Origin: Elsinoe ampelina
Lineage: Eukaryota
Length of the DNA: 64,000 nucleotides
Assembly: GCA_010093995.1 (NCBI GenBank)
Contig: ML992501.1
Coordinates: forward strand, 1,332,566 to 1,396,565
Direction: 5' to 3'
Shown here: in pieces, positions 1 to 11,463 of the stretch
Layout of the letters: every line of letters begins with the position of its first letter
Position numbering within the stretch: the first letter of the stretch is position 1
Made by a program: the position numbers and the translations under genes
The notes under the pieces: model-generated
Databases searched by the model: none
Told to the model about the DNA's origin: nothing
The model's input: only the letters and a program-made list of their open reading frames with translations

Positions 1-442
1 CTATATCCGGCCATGATCGGGAGTCTCGGTGTACCTGTCAGCCTTTTCTGGTTTGCTTGGTCTGCAAGGGCAGGGGTCAATCCTGCTGCACCTATCGTGG
101 CGATCGTGCTGTTTGGGTGGTCGAATATCATGCTGTTCATCAGTTCGATGCAGTACCTTGGGGATACATATCACATGAGTAATGTGGCGAGTGCTTCAGC
201 GGCGAATGGTCTGGCCCGTTATGGCTGCGCGGCGGCGTTCCCGTTGTTTTCGATTTTGTGTGAGCATGATCCACGGGAGAGCTTTGACTATCACTGACGT
301 GAACATAGTTTATGAACGATTAGGAACCGGCTGGGCGACTAGTGTCCTCGGCTTCATCACGTTAGCACTACTACCAGGCCCCTGGCTCCTCTTCAAATAC
401 GGCAAACAAATCCGAGCACGTAGCAAGTACCAAACGCAGTAG
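1..442 (+). CDS. MFS multidrug transporter (DHA1-like), 3' part only
   Basis: Hydrophobic helices, YLGDTY..VASASAANGLARY and YERLGTGWATSVLGFI motifs typical of DHA1 C-termini. Intron 260-308 (GTGAGC..CTGAC..TAG) joins ORFs 13..297 and 182..442. The gene is cut by the window edge. Confidence 0.85.
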
Positions 443-482
443 TAGATCTGTAGATCTCAATACACATTCAACTACACACGCT

Positions 483-1994
483 TCAAATCTCCTTCTCCCC
501 CTTCTCCTCCCCCTCGACAATCGCCTCGCTACTCGCCCCCAACCCCATCCGACTCGTATCATACCCATTCCGCCCCAAATAAGCCCTAAACTCCTCATCC
601 TCCCTATCAATCGTATCCTGCCCAATATGCGGCAACAAAAACAACGCCAACCCCGCGCTCACCACGCAAAGCGCACTACTGATGAAAAACGGCAGCTGGC
701 CCGCCTTGACCGGATCCGTCTCTTCATACCGGTTGTACAAAATACTCAACACCTGCGTCCCCACAAACGCCCCCACCTTGCCCAACGCCGCCGCGATGCC
801 ATAGTACTGGCCCCTGACGGCGGTAGCGCACGTCTTACTCGCGACAAGCCCGATGTTGTCCCCCGGGCCGAGTTCGCCGAGAGACAGAAACACGCCGTAC
901 ACGACGACAAACCCAGCGACGTTTTCCGGACGGGACAGCGGGGCGTAGCACCCCGCCATTATGAAGCCCACGACGGCCTGGGCCAGGACGCCGTACCCGA
1001 GCGTCTTCTTCGGGCCGATCCAGTCGCTCACGAAGGACCCCGCGATGCAACCCGGCATGTAGAAGAAGGTGATGAGGGTGTTCCACGCGAAGGATTTCCA
1101 CAGCGCGGTCTGGCTGCCGAGGAGGTTGGCCACGATGGTGCTGCTGAAGATGCCGAACGAGTAGGCCGAGAAGTCGTAGATGAACCAGATGAGGGAGACG
1201 GTGAGGAGGCGGCGCCAGTAGAATTTGGTCACCAGGGACCAAGGGGTGCGGGTGTGCGCCATGGTGTTGCGTTTGTAGGCTTCGGGTTCGGAGAGTTTGA
1301 GGCGGAGGTAGAGGAGGGATAGAGGCGGGAAGACGCCCAGGCCGAGGCAGATGCGCCAGGCGGCGCGGAGGTGGGATTCGGTGGTCGCGAGGACGACGAT
1401 CATGGGGACAATGGCCGCGACGACGAAGCCGAGGTCGATTTGCACGTTGGTGAAGAGGATGAACCACCTGTTGCGCGTGCCGGAGGGGAGTTCGCCGGTG
1501 GATTCGGCGCAGCCTACGCTGCCGGCGGGGTACTCGCCGCCGATGCCGATGCCGGTGAGGAAGCGGTAGGCGGTCAGGGCGGCGAAGAGGCCGGACTGGG
1601 AGCCGTGGGCGCCGTAGGAGCCGGCGGAGAGGGCGGCGAAGATGAGGATGATGATGGTGGAGACGAAGAGGGACCATTTGCGGGAATAGTGGTCGGAGGT
1701 CCAGCCGAAGAGGAGCATGCCGACGACGGTGCCGGCAAAGGTGATCGAGGAGACGTTGGCTTGGGCGGCGCTGGTCTTGTAGGTGGTGGGATAGATGCGG
1801 GCGAGGAGAGTGTTGACGCTGCCGATCACGCCGTTGAGATATCCATCGCTGAAGAGGCCGGTACCGCAGGCGATGACTGGCCAGAGGCGTTCCCAGCGGC
1901 CTTTTTGCGTTGCAGCATAGGAGCCACGGCGGGCATCGTCTGGAGATGAGGCGGGGTCCGGGGATGTGGTGGTGGAGGGGTCCTTGGTCGCCAT
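483..1994 (-). CDS. GIT1: MFS glycerophosphoinositol/glycerophosphocholine permease (Git1-like)
   Basis: 503-aa intronless ORF with ACGTGLFSDGY, GIGIGGEYPAGSV, LGELGPGDNIG and TAVRGQYYGIAAA motifs characteristic of Git1-type permeases. Confidence 0.85.
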   Translation of the reverse strand: MATKDPSTTTSPDPASSPDDARRGSYAATQKGRWERLWPVIACGTGLFSDGYLNGVIGSVNTLLARIYPTTYKTSAAQANVSSITFAGTVVGMLLFGWTSDHYSRKWSLFVSTIIILIFAALSAGSYGAHGSQSGLFAALTAYRFLTGIGIGGEYPAGSVGCAESTGELPSGTRNRWFILFTNVQIDLGFVVAAIVPMIVVLATTESHLRAAWRICLGLGVFPPLSLLYLRLKLSEPEAYKRNTMAHTRTPWSLVTKFYWRRLLTVSLIWFIYDFSAYSFGIFSSTIVANLLGSQTALWKSFAWNTLITFFYMPGCIAGSFVSDWIGPKKTLGYGVLAQAVVGFIMAGCYAPLSRPENVAGFVVVYGVFLSLGELGPGDNIGLVASKTCATAVRGQYYGIAAALGKVGAFVGTQVLSILYNRYEETDPVKAGQLPFFISSALCVVSAGLALFLLPHIGQDTIDREDEEFRAYLGRNGYDTSRMGLGASSEAIVEGEEKGEKEI

Positions 1995-2820
1995 CTTGTT
2001 GAATCAGCTCGCGAGGTCGCTGTGAGAGAAATGTGCAACTTACGAGAGCGTGAGAAAAGACGTCGAAGCTGGAAAGTTGACAGACGTCAGTCAGTTCGAG
2101 CAGCCGTCAGCAGATAAAGGGCGCGCTACTGTCAGAAGATCTGCAAGTTGGAAGTCAAGCATCTGATTGGTACCAGACTATTTTGGGTGGGATCGATCTG
2201 CGCTCGGACGGGGAAGCCGACATCGTCGTCGCCATGCGTCGGCGGCGTCCAAAGGTGCTACAGTGCTACCTTGTCCTAATCGTCTGGTAGTGATGGACAT
2301 GGACGACAAGCCGTAGTCAGATTTCCTCCGTCTCTTTGCGTCGTTCCATCATGATAGACGGATGACTGCGCATAGAGTGCGGAAGAGAGATGATGCCTAG
2401 CTTACCTTATCATTGAGCTCAAACGCAAAACTTTTTCACGCAGCGGCCCACGGAAGAGCGGCAACAACCACGGCAGGAGGGCTGAACTACCACGTGCACA
2501 TTAAGTTAGCGGACAAAGATTTGGGGCATTGATGGTTGAGACGATATGATAGCGCCATGTCAATGAAGTTGGGAGGGTTTCGACGCGTGATTCTTTCTAC
2601 CCACGTGTCGTCGCGGGTCTGAATCGCTGGCTTGATGACAAGCATTTTCGCCGACTTGGCCAGGAGCTTGACATCCGACTCTATTGGGTGGGTCATTCAG
2701 TCTGGGCATCTCTGTTGCGATGTGCTTCAGTGTGCGTCTGGCAATGCCATTCATCATTTCCAACCATTTTGAAAGTATTCACTATCTATACATATCTTAC
2801 TTTTGACCGCCTGCACATTT

Positions 2821-3876
2821 CTATGATCCAGAAGCAGCCTCAACCAGCGCCTCTCCCTTTCCCTCAAGATCCGCACTCGTCGCTCTCTCACACACAATCA
2901 CAAATGCCCTCCGCTTCGCCTGCTTCTCGTCCTTCGGCAACCCATCCTTCTTGATCTCCTTCCAATTCTCATCAATCGCTTTCCTCAGCCCCTCTGCATC
3001 CTTGGGCAGACCAAGCTTCTCAACTCCCCTCGCTGTCCGCTCATCGACAAACGGATAAGCCTCCTCCCACAACCACTGCACCCGCCGGAAGAAGATGTCC
3101 AGTCCCGTCTTTCCGAGCCCCTTGATCTCCTTCTGCAGCAAGTCTCGCTCGGCATCCCATCCTTTACCTGCTTCTTTCCGCACCGCCTCGAGGGATGTAT
3201 CCGTGTCATTGCTGGCGAACTTCTCCGAGACGACCTGCGCTACCAGCCCGATTTGCGTGGCCGTCTTGTCCTTATGCTGTGTCCGTGCGTCGAACATGGC
3301 CTGGTGGCGCTTGTCGGTCGAGGCGTCGCTGATAGCTTTCGGGGTGGTGAAGTTGTACGGGTCGTTGAGGATTGTGCGGATCGTGCGCAGGCCGAGGCGG
3401 TGCGAGATTGGCCGCGACAAGACGATGGCGCAGAGTAGCTCTTCGAATGGCGAGAGCTGAGAGCCACTGTAGGTCTTGATATCCTTGCCCCGGGACGAGA
3501 TGTCTTGAGCCTCATCATCGGGTCGGCAGAGCTCGAGGGCAGATGGGGAGAGAAGGTAGTTGATGAGTTGTGCTGGAGAGGCAGAAGTCTTTGGCGCGCC
3601 ACGTGAAGAACGTCGTGAAGCCTTCGATGGCTCCTTCTGTGTGTCGTCCGCCTTGCGCTTCTTGCTAGCCTTGGTGCCGTTGGTTGCTGGGGCAGGTTTC
3701 TCCTCCTTAGCTTCCTCCTTCTCAGGCTCGAGAGTGGGAGCTACAGCCTCCTCCTGCTTCTCTGACTCTTCAGCTGTAGTCTCACCATTGACCTCAGACT
3801 CGACCTTCGCAGGCTCCTCCTCGGCCTTCTTCGCGGGAGCTGGCTTCGCGCCCTTTTTGCTGCCTTTTGGTGGCAT
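2821..3876 (-). CDS. Hypothetical protein with a K/E-rich N-terminus and a putative HhH-GPD/endonuclease III-like helical domain
   Basis: 351-aa ORF. PFEELLCAIVLSRPIS and EIKGLGKTGLDIFFRRVQ resemble the helix-hairpin-helix scaffold. KKRK is a possible NLS. Confidence 0.6.
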   Translation of the reverse strand: MPPKGSKKGAKPAPAKKAEEEPAKVESEVNGETTAEESEKQEEAVAPTLEPEKEEAKEEKPAPATNGTKASKKRKADDTQKEPSKASRRSSRGAPKTSASPAQLINYLLSPSALELCRPDDEAQDISSRGKDIKTYSGSQLSPFEELLCAIVLSRPISHRLGLRTIRTILNDPYNFTTPKAISDASTDKRHQAMFDARTQHKDKTATQIGLVAQVVSEKFASNDTDTSLEAVRKEAGKGWDAERDLLQKEIKGLGKTGLDIFFRRVQWLWEEAYPFVDERTARGVEKLGLPKDAEGLRKAIDENWKEIKKDGLPKDEKQAKRRAFVIVCERATSADLEGKGEALVEAASGS

Positions 3877-4386
3877 TGTCGCAAAGGTATATGTGCTTCG
3901 AGTGAATGTTCAATGGATATTGTGATCGACAAAACAGCTGGAGATGCAGATGACAGGTCGTATGTGCGCGAATGCGAATGCGAAAGTGGTAGTGAAAGGT
4001 GTCGAGGTGAAACGGCGCAAAGAGAAAGTGGCTGGCAGCTTGGAGCTCTCAAGCGCTTGGAAAGCTCAATGTGGAACGTCATCTCATCACAACCTACATC
4101 CTGGTATTTCATTTCTCTGCATCCATGTATTCTTTCATCAGCCTCTGGCGTTTAGGAAGACGCTTGTTTGATGCACCATGTTCGACCTCGCTTGCATGAG
4201 CCTCCACCGTCTCTGGTATGAGAAAGTACCTCGGCTGTGCTTACAAATACATCAATGCAGCAGGACATATCGCTCGCTGGTAGGATAACGCAATCGCTTG
4301 GGCTTTTCTAGCATACATTTCTATTCCCTGGAGTCTATCGTTTCGTTTTTGTTCAGTATCTCCATTACCTTTCCAGAAAAGAAATC

Positions 4387-5811
4387 ATGGCAAGCATTGA
4401 TGCATCTCCCTTGGGAGCTCCCCTCAAATTTGAATTCTCGGGGCGAACGTGAGCCTGGTAGTAACCACGAGAAGTTCTGTCTAATGCTTGATAGCGCCCC
4501 GAATCGATTCCTCAAAGGTGCCATGAGCGAGCGTCTGGCATCCTGGGATCCCAAGGTGCACGAAAATCGAGGCATCCCTTCGCCGGAACTCATCAATCTT
4601 TACCGACGTTGGGGCGAAGCTGAATTTGGCATCATCTTGTCTGGCAATGTGAGCCACTCCCTACCAGTGTACCAAGCCCGTTGGTAGGACCTCTGACATT
4701 GCCTCAGGTCATGGTGGACTACACCCACCTCGAAGCCGCCGGCAACCCCATCATCCCTCTCGACGCCCCATTCTCCGGCCCACGCTTCGAAGCCTTCAAA
4801 GAAATGGCTACTCTCGGCAAAGCACATGGCTCCCTCATGATAGCCCAAGTAGGCAATGCTGGCAGACAAACCGAGTCCAAAGTCGAGCCGAATCCCATCT
4901 CGGCGAGCGACGTCCAACTCATCGCCAAAAACGGCAGGTCCTACGCCAAACCCCGCCCGGCTACGCTTGACGACATTTCCTTCTTGATAAAGTCTTTTGC
5001 TCACGCAGCCGAGTACCTCGAGAAGGCCGGCTGGGATGGCATGCAGCTGCATGGTGCCCACGGGTACCTGATTGCGCAATTCCTCTCCCGCACCACGAAC
5101 AAGCGAACCGACCAGTACGGCGGGGACATCACCAATCGAGCCAGACTCGTCGTCGAGATCGGCGCTGAGATCCGTCGCCACACCAGACCTGATTTCGTCC
5201 TTGGCATCAAGCTCAACAGCGTGGAATTCCAGAACGATGGCTTCACCCCCGAAGAAGCCCGTGAGCTCTGCACGATCCTGCAGGACAGCAAATTCGATTT
5301 CGTGGAACTGTCAGGCGGTACATACGAGAGCTCCGGCTTCGTCCACAAATCCGAATCAACGCGGAAGCGAGAAGCCTTCTTCCTCCAATTCGCCGAGACC
5401 ATCACTCCCGCCCTGACCAAAACAAAGAGCTACATCACCGGCGGCCTGCGCAGCGTACCGGCCATGCTCGCCGCCTTGGACGTCGTAGACGGCGTCGGTC
5501 TGGGCCGTCCCGCCACTCACGAACCGCTTCTACCCAAGGACATCCTGGCCAAGCAGAGCGAGGGTGCGAGGAAGATCCTGGTAGGAGATGATCAGTTCCC
5601 ACTGACCATGGCGGCGTCGGTGGTGCAGATTAGACAAGTGGCGGAGGACAAGGCGCCGCTGGATCTGACGAGGAAGGAGGATTACGAGGCTTTGGTAAAA
5701 GATTTGAAGGCGTGGCAGGAGTATTTGGCGAAGGATACGGCGTTTACGGATAATAGACCGGCGCCGATTGTGAGCTTGCCGGGAAAGCCGTTTAGGGATG
5801 CGAGGTTATGA
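4387..5811 (+). CDS. NADH:flavin oxidoreductase / old yellow enzyme family
   Basis: MASIDASPLG start at 4387, introns about 4449-4494 and 4648-4707. Motifs APNRFLKGAMSERL, GWDGMQLHGAHGYLIAQFLS and RTDQYGG. Confidence 0.9.
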
Positions 5812-5829
5812 GCCGGTGCGGTGGGAATG

Positions 5830-6582
5830 TTAGATCAACGGACGAAGCTCGCTCAAATACGTGAGAGTAGCCTTCACGAGATCAAGTAATGAGGCGCTCT
5901 TGGCCGCCGGATAGCGGGGAGGCCGTTCCACGAGCCTGTCTAAGAACCACTTCATAGCCTCTTCCAGTCCAGTTCCTGTCTTTGCGTTGATGGCCATCAA
6001 GGTCTATGTCAATTTAGCTACATGCATTTGAGCTCGTCTACATCCACTTATGTAGCACTGATCAAGACGATTGTGCTACTCAAGAAGCTTGTGATTTCTT
6101 CCTCGACTTCAGCTATTGACCTGGCGCCCTACGAGCAATCAGCGAGTCTATCCACTTCAATAGCTCGTTTGTGGGCTTGCCTCTTGATCCAATTGAGTGA
6201 CCAATAACAGCAGCGGTCCAGGCTCCGTCTCTTCGACTTGAAGCACTAGTGACTCCAAGAAGTATAATCCATCTTCCCAACGACCCTCATCAGCTTCTGC
6301 ATGTATAGTGAATACAACGCCATCCGCATTCGTCTTGACAAACGCCTGGGCTTTCTTCATCTGAAACACGGGATGTATGACATGAGCGTCTATGACGGAG
6401 AAGGTCAACTTGTTGAGCGTCAAGTATTCCCCACAGAGCGTTTCGGAAGTATACTGGGAAGTGACGGAATAGGGAGAATCCGCCGCCAGGTGTTTAAGGA
6501 TAGAGGATTTGCCGGATTCCTTAAAGCCTGTCAGGAAGATGCGACGAGGATGTTCTGTTGGCAGATGTGCGCTGAGTGGCAT
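5830..6582 (-). pseudogene. Divergent ARF-like small GTPase paralogue 1, probably disrupted
   Basis: P-loop GFKESGKSS, VTQLD at the G4 position, last exon TLMAINAKTGTGLEEAMKWF. It lacks the MG start. Exon 2 is 77 nt (78 in the other copies), the homologous frame contains a TAG, and the intron 2 donor reads ATAAGT instead of GTAAGT. Confidence 0.7.
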
Positions 6583-6832
6583 GATGAAGCTCGATGTGGA
6601 GGGAGAGAGGATGAAGGCTTTGACGTTGTGGGAGGATGTGAAGGTGACGCTGTAGGATAAGGTTGCGGAAGAGGAGGTTGTGATTCTGGAAGATGGCCGC
6701 TGCCTAAGCTCCAGGAAGCTTATACGGATCATGAGCTCGAGACAGCTTCATCAAACGAGAGTCTATTTGCAGCACCGTTTGAAAATGCGAGGTCGTGATT
6801 CGATGACTTGGGAGGGGCGTTGCACAGCATAC

Positions 6833-7545
6833 TCAGACCGCTCGCATGGGCTGGTGATTCAGCTTGTCTGAGAACCAGTCGAAGGCCTCTTCAAGCCCTT
6901 CCCCAGTCTTACCGTTGGCTGGCTTTATGGCCTACAGTGGGTAAGCTTTTAGGCAGACATATGGATATGCTTGACTTACGTAGCATTGCTCAGCTCGACC
7001 TTTCTCCGCGATGAGCTTGTCGATGTCTTGCCTGATCTCCTCAAATGGTGCTGATCTCTGCCATGATTCAGCATGTGTTATTTAGGTCAATGATCGCAGA
7101 CAGGTAGACGTACCTCCTCGTCCAGTCGAGTGATGAGCACTAACAGAACGCTATGCTTGGTCTCTTCCACAGCAAACACGTACTCTGAAAGCTCCCAGAG
7201 TATACTTTCCCAAGCACAACGCCCAGCAGGATTGGCACTGATGGCAAATATGATACCATCGATGTTCTCACGCACGAATTCTTGAACACTTTCAACGTAC
7301 CGCGGTCGGCAGACCTGTATATCGAAGACGCCAATAGTCAACTTGGGGAGCTTAAGCCACTCCCAGACAGGTTTCTCAATGGCGATATCCAGGGTCACCT
7401 TGTATGGGCTTTCCGATGTGATGCGGGCCAGTATGGACGACTTGCCGCAATCATCTCCTCCAAGCATAGTTATGCGGCGTGGTACCTGCGGTTGGAGATG
7501 CTTCCATAGTCGGTCGCGTTTGAAGGAAGACAGGGCAGAGCCCAT
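6833..7545 (-). CDS. Divergent ARF-like small GTPase paralogue 2
   Basis: MGSALSS myristoylation-type start, RITMLGGDDCGKSSIL P-loop, ITRLD. Exons 7545-7114, 7057-6980 and 6931-6833. C-terminus ANGKTGEGLEEAFDWFSDKL matches the ARF G5 region and last helix. Confidence 0.85.
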
Positions 7546-7946
7546 GGTGGTAGATGGATAAATAAGAGGGTTCGATTTGGTAGTTGAGAGGGAAGGGGAC
7601 TGCCTTCCTTGAATGTGATATCATATGTGGCCACTGGCTCAGCTGCTGCCTCGCGCATTGTTTCCCAGGCAGACGCAAATGTTGTTACACATGGTGGCTG
7701 AAACGCCGGCTCAACCACTCTTCGACTTCGGGTGGCTGCGCCGCCAGGGTTGATCGGCTTTGTGTCTCAACCAGCTTACGAAGATTTCGCTCAGCGTCAT
7801 CGGAAGTGCTGCCATTATGAGGTACCTTGATATCGTTTGTTGGAATCTTCCGGGCTGGACAGGTCTTTCAAGGTAATCAGTTTGTTGACGGAAACTGTAC
7901 AGCCGTATCTCAAGTGACTTTCTCCGTCCACTTGTGCATTTGAATG

Positions 7947-8647
7947 CTAGGCCTTCTGATTGAGCTGCTCCGAGAACCACTTGCAAGACTCCGCGAGACC
8001 TGTACCCGTCTTCGCATTGATTGGGAAGATGCTCTGGTAGACAATCAGCGAGATGCCCTTTGAAAGTAATTCCAAGAGCTTACATAGCACTGCTCGCCGC
8101 GACCATGTTTTGCAAGGGTATAGTCGATTCTTACTGCGATGCTCTCAATGGAAGTTGCGCCCTAATTCAAATCAGTACCTTTCGCCGGGGTACTCGAAGA
8201 TGCTTGGGAACATACGTCTCTATCCCATCGGTTGACGAGTACGAGCAGAACACTTTCTGCCGTCTCTTCAACCTCGGCCAGGTAGTGCTGGATGATGTAG
8301 TTGGGATCGTCTGTGAGGAACTTATCAGTGTCGACTGCGTTGAGTACCATGATCATGCCATCTACATTCTCCTTGACAAAGTCCTGAATCTTGCTAATGA
8401 AACCGGGGTGCATTGCCCAGTAGTCTATGGTAGATATTTTCATGTTGCTGAGTTCCAACCACTCTTGGCACATGGCCGTCATTGAAATCTGTTGCTGCAT
8501 CTCGAACGAGCTTCCAGCCGCGAGGAGTCGGAGGATAGACGATTTCCCAGATGCTTCGCTGCCTAGCATAGTAATGCGTCGTGGTGAATCAAGGTGAAAA
8601 TCCCTCGATAAGGACTTCTCTCCCAACAAGGACAACGCTGTACCCAT
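7947..8647 (-). CDS. Divergent ARF-like small GTPase paralogue 3
   Basis: MGTALSL start at 8647, GSEASGKSS, VNRWD. Same two introns and 26-codon middle exon as the other copies. Ends INAKTGTGLAESCKWFSEQLNQKA. Confidence 0.85.
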
Positions 8648-8932
8648 ACCAGCCAGGCAGCGTGAGGTTCTGACACGAGAGATGCCAATGACTGGGAGAT
8701 TGGCTTGCGAACATTTCTCGTCGAGGTAGTCGTTCAGGGTAAAGACCTGGTGCCTATTTGCGGCGCAGCACGAGCTGAAACATGTTTTCATGGTACCCTA
8801 CCAAGCACCCTACCACAGAAATGGGTAGACCGAGTCCATCAAGAATCATTCGCAATTACCAAAAGCCAGCAACACCATTGCACTGATATGGTTGCGACTG
8901 AAGCGACTAAAAGACGAGTGATCATATGATCT

Positions 8933-9643
8933 CTAATACTGGCTCGTCGTCTGCTGATCAAGTTTTGCTGTGAACCAGTCGAAAGCATCTTCAAGACCAT
9001 GGCCCGTTCTGGCATCGACAGGCTTGACAGACTATAAGCCTCAGTAGTGCAGTCTCGAATACGGAATATCACTCACGTGACACTGCTCGGCCCGGTCGTA
9101 CTTGCGTAAGAGGTCATCAATCTCTTGTTCTATTTGAGCGAGGGACCTTGAGCCCTGGTCTGATCAGAATTGAAAATGTTGTCTAGTTGTGGGCCTCACC
9201 TTTCGGTCAGCTCGATCGACGAGTATTAGTAGCACCATGCTCTCCGTTCCTTCTCCTTCTAGTATGTACCACTGAATGTAGCATAACCAGTCCATCCAGA
9301 TCTCTTCGCAAGCGGTGGGATCAAACACCACGATCATTCCATGTGAGTTCTGGCGTACGAAATCCTTGATTCTGACGAAAAGCTTCGAAACCGGGGGTAG
9401 AGACTCGAGGCCTAGAAGTGAAATCTTCGTGTTCGGCAGCTCCAACCATATGTTGCTAAGGAAGGTGATTGGGGATTCCACTGTTAGCTGCGCTGGGCTT
9501 CCATGTTCGATAAGATGCAGGATGGACAGCGTTACAGAAGGTTGGTTGGCAGGCTCCATGCCAGCTAGAATTATCCGACGTGGTTCTTGTGTGTGAAGGT
9601 GCTTCCACAAAGGCTTGCGGATAAATGACGACGCTGAACCCAT
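8933..9643 (-). CDS. Divergent ARF-like paralogue 4 lacking the P-loop GKS
   Basis: MGSASSF start at 9643. RRIILAGMEPANQPSVTLSIL replaces the P-loop; VDRAD at G4. Same 3-exon structure. Ends VDARTGHGLEDAFDWFTAKL. Confidence 0.8.
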
Positions 9644-10026
9644 GGTGGACTGCAATTTCGAGGGATCCCATCGACAAGTCTGAAAGGATTCTGAACATCG
9701 TGGTACGAGGAATAATACTTTGCTCGTAGGCAGCCTTTTCAGTTTCTCCCGCGCGCTCTCTGGCTCGCAAGGGTCTGGAGGCTGAAACGGCTCAACGTGG
9801 TTCGGAGGCTTGGCCTTCATGCGTCGAAAAGTTCACAGCCACATAGTCTGACAGCGATATGGATTGTCCTTCCATGAATGGGTTGGCCACATCATGATGA
9901 TTCTATCCTCCTGCCACACGCAGCAGGTGCATAGAAGCGTCGTGCGTTCTCCGTTCATATTGCCGGCCTATACATGTCGAATAAGAACCCGATGACGGCA
10001 GAAGATGTCCGACATCAATTTATGGG

Positions 10027-10703
10027 CTAGCTGTTGAGCTTCTGGGACAGCCAGTCGAGCGAGGTGTCCAGTCCTGCCCCTGTCTTTGCGTTGATAGCTT
10101 TGATGCACTAGACAATTGTCAGCGTACCTTACCTGTCACATCCCAGGGATGCTTACATGTCGATCCGTACTGCCCTTTCGTTCAGCTAGAAGAGGTTCAA
10201 CTTTTTGCTCGATGCTTGTGAGCGACCTCGCTCTCTGTTGAATCTTAGGAAGTGCTTAGACACGAGGGGTATTGACTGACCTCTTCGTCACATCTATTGA
10301 TAAGAACGAGTAGGGGACAATCTTTCGTCTCTTTCACATCCAGTATGTAATGACGTAAGATGTACATGCTATCATTCCAATCGTCGTCGCTAGCAATGGC
10401 ATCCAGCGAAAGGATGACACCATCGGCGTGGCGCCGCACATAGTCCTGGACCTGTTCCTTGAATCCAGGGTGAATGCTGCCACAATTGAGGATCTTGATA
10501 CTCGTGTTCGGAAGATCTAGCCATTCGGAGCAGAAGTCGGAAGTTGAAGTCTGATACTTCACGTCCGACGAGCTGTCCTTAGCAAGATGCTGCAGGATAG
10601 ATGATTTCCCGGTAGCATTCATGCCTAGCAGTATGAGGGTTCGATGCGGAGTGTTTACTCTTAGGTGAGCCCACAGTGGCTCGCGTGACAGAGCGGAACC
10701 CAT
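10027..10703 (-). CDS. Divergent ARF-like small GTPase paralogue 5
   Basis: MGSALSR start at 10703, LLGMNATGKSSIL, INRCD. Same 3-exon structure. Ends INAKTGAGLDTSLDWLSQKLNS. Confidence 0.85.
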
Positions 10704-11463
10704 TTGATCTGTGGCCTGTATGTATCGGTATTTGGAGCATGCTCCCTCCAATGTAGTCGTACAAATACTTACTTTACGAGACCTGGTGGGTGCTAGGTGC
10801 AGCTTGTTAGATTGGGACTGGAAAGAAAGTCGAAACGTGAAATACAGTATTGCCCAGCGTCAGCCCTGCGCCGTTGGAATGTCGCTTTTTTCATTTCCTC
10901 GGATTGCGTGGCGCTTCTTCTTCTTCTTCTCCTCAGACACAACACCAATGTAATGTGACATCCGAAATTTACAGCTACGCCGCTGATCTCTGGACCGTGC
11001 TAGATGTCTCCAAGGATAGCCGAATCTTGAGACGCTGTGCCGCGAGCTGAAGATGACGATGAAACGCAGCTCATTTGGCCATCCATGGCTCTCCAGCCAA
11101 ACGACTGGAAGCGGCGCAGTTCATGATCTCTTTACCTCAATGCGGCTGCTGGAACGCTCCATCTGCGGCTGATGATACGGACCAAATTCAAGACAGAATG
11201 TGAGCCAGATTCAGATGCCTGCGAAGGATGTTGGTCAACGCCAGGAGCCTGTCCTTCATCTCAGCGCCTTCGGACTGCACACAGTACTGTGGGTAGTCGG
11301 GGTACGTTACGAGTCTGCATATAATCAGACTCGTCTTATAGCTCCGTCATGCGCAGAGTGTTTGTTCTTACAGACTTCTTGTGCTCATCATAACCATATA
11401 TCAAGATCGATACCACTCCCCTATAGTTTTACTGGCCATACTAAGCAGGCCCCTTCTCCGAGC

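Noticed and set aside
627..1949. Long overlapping ORFs 627..1322, 835..1677 and 1371..1949
   Set aside because: Antisense or alternate-frame shadows of the GC-rich GIT1 gene, with low-complexity R/G/H translations.
11200..11463. N-terminal 88 codons of the 1089-aa ORF
   Set aside because: Begins at GTG and has no protein-like features. The ATG at 11464 gives a signal-peptide-like N-terminus.
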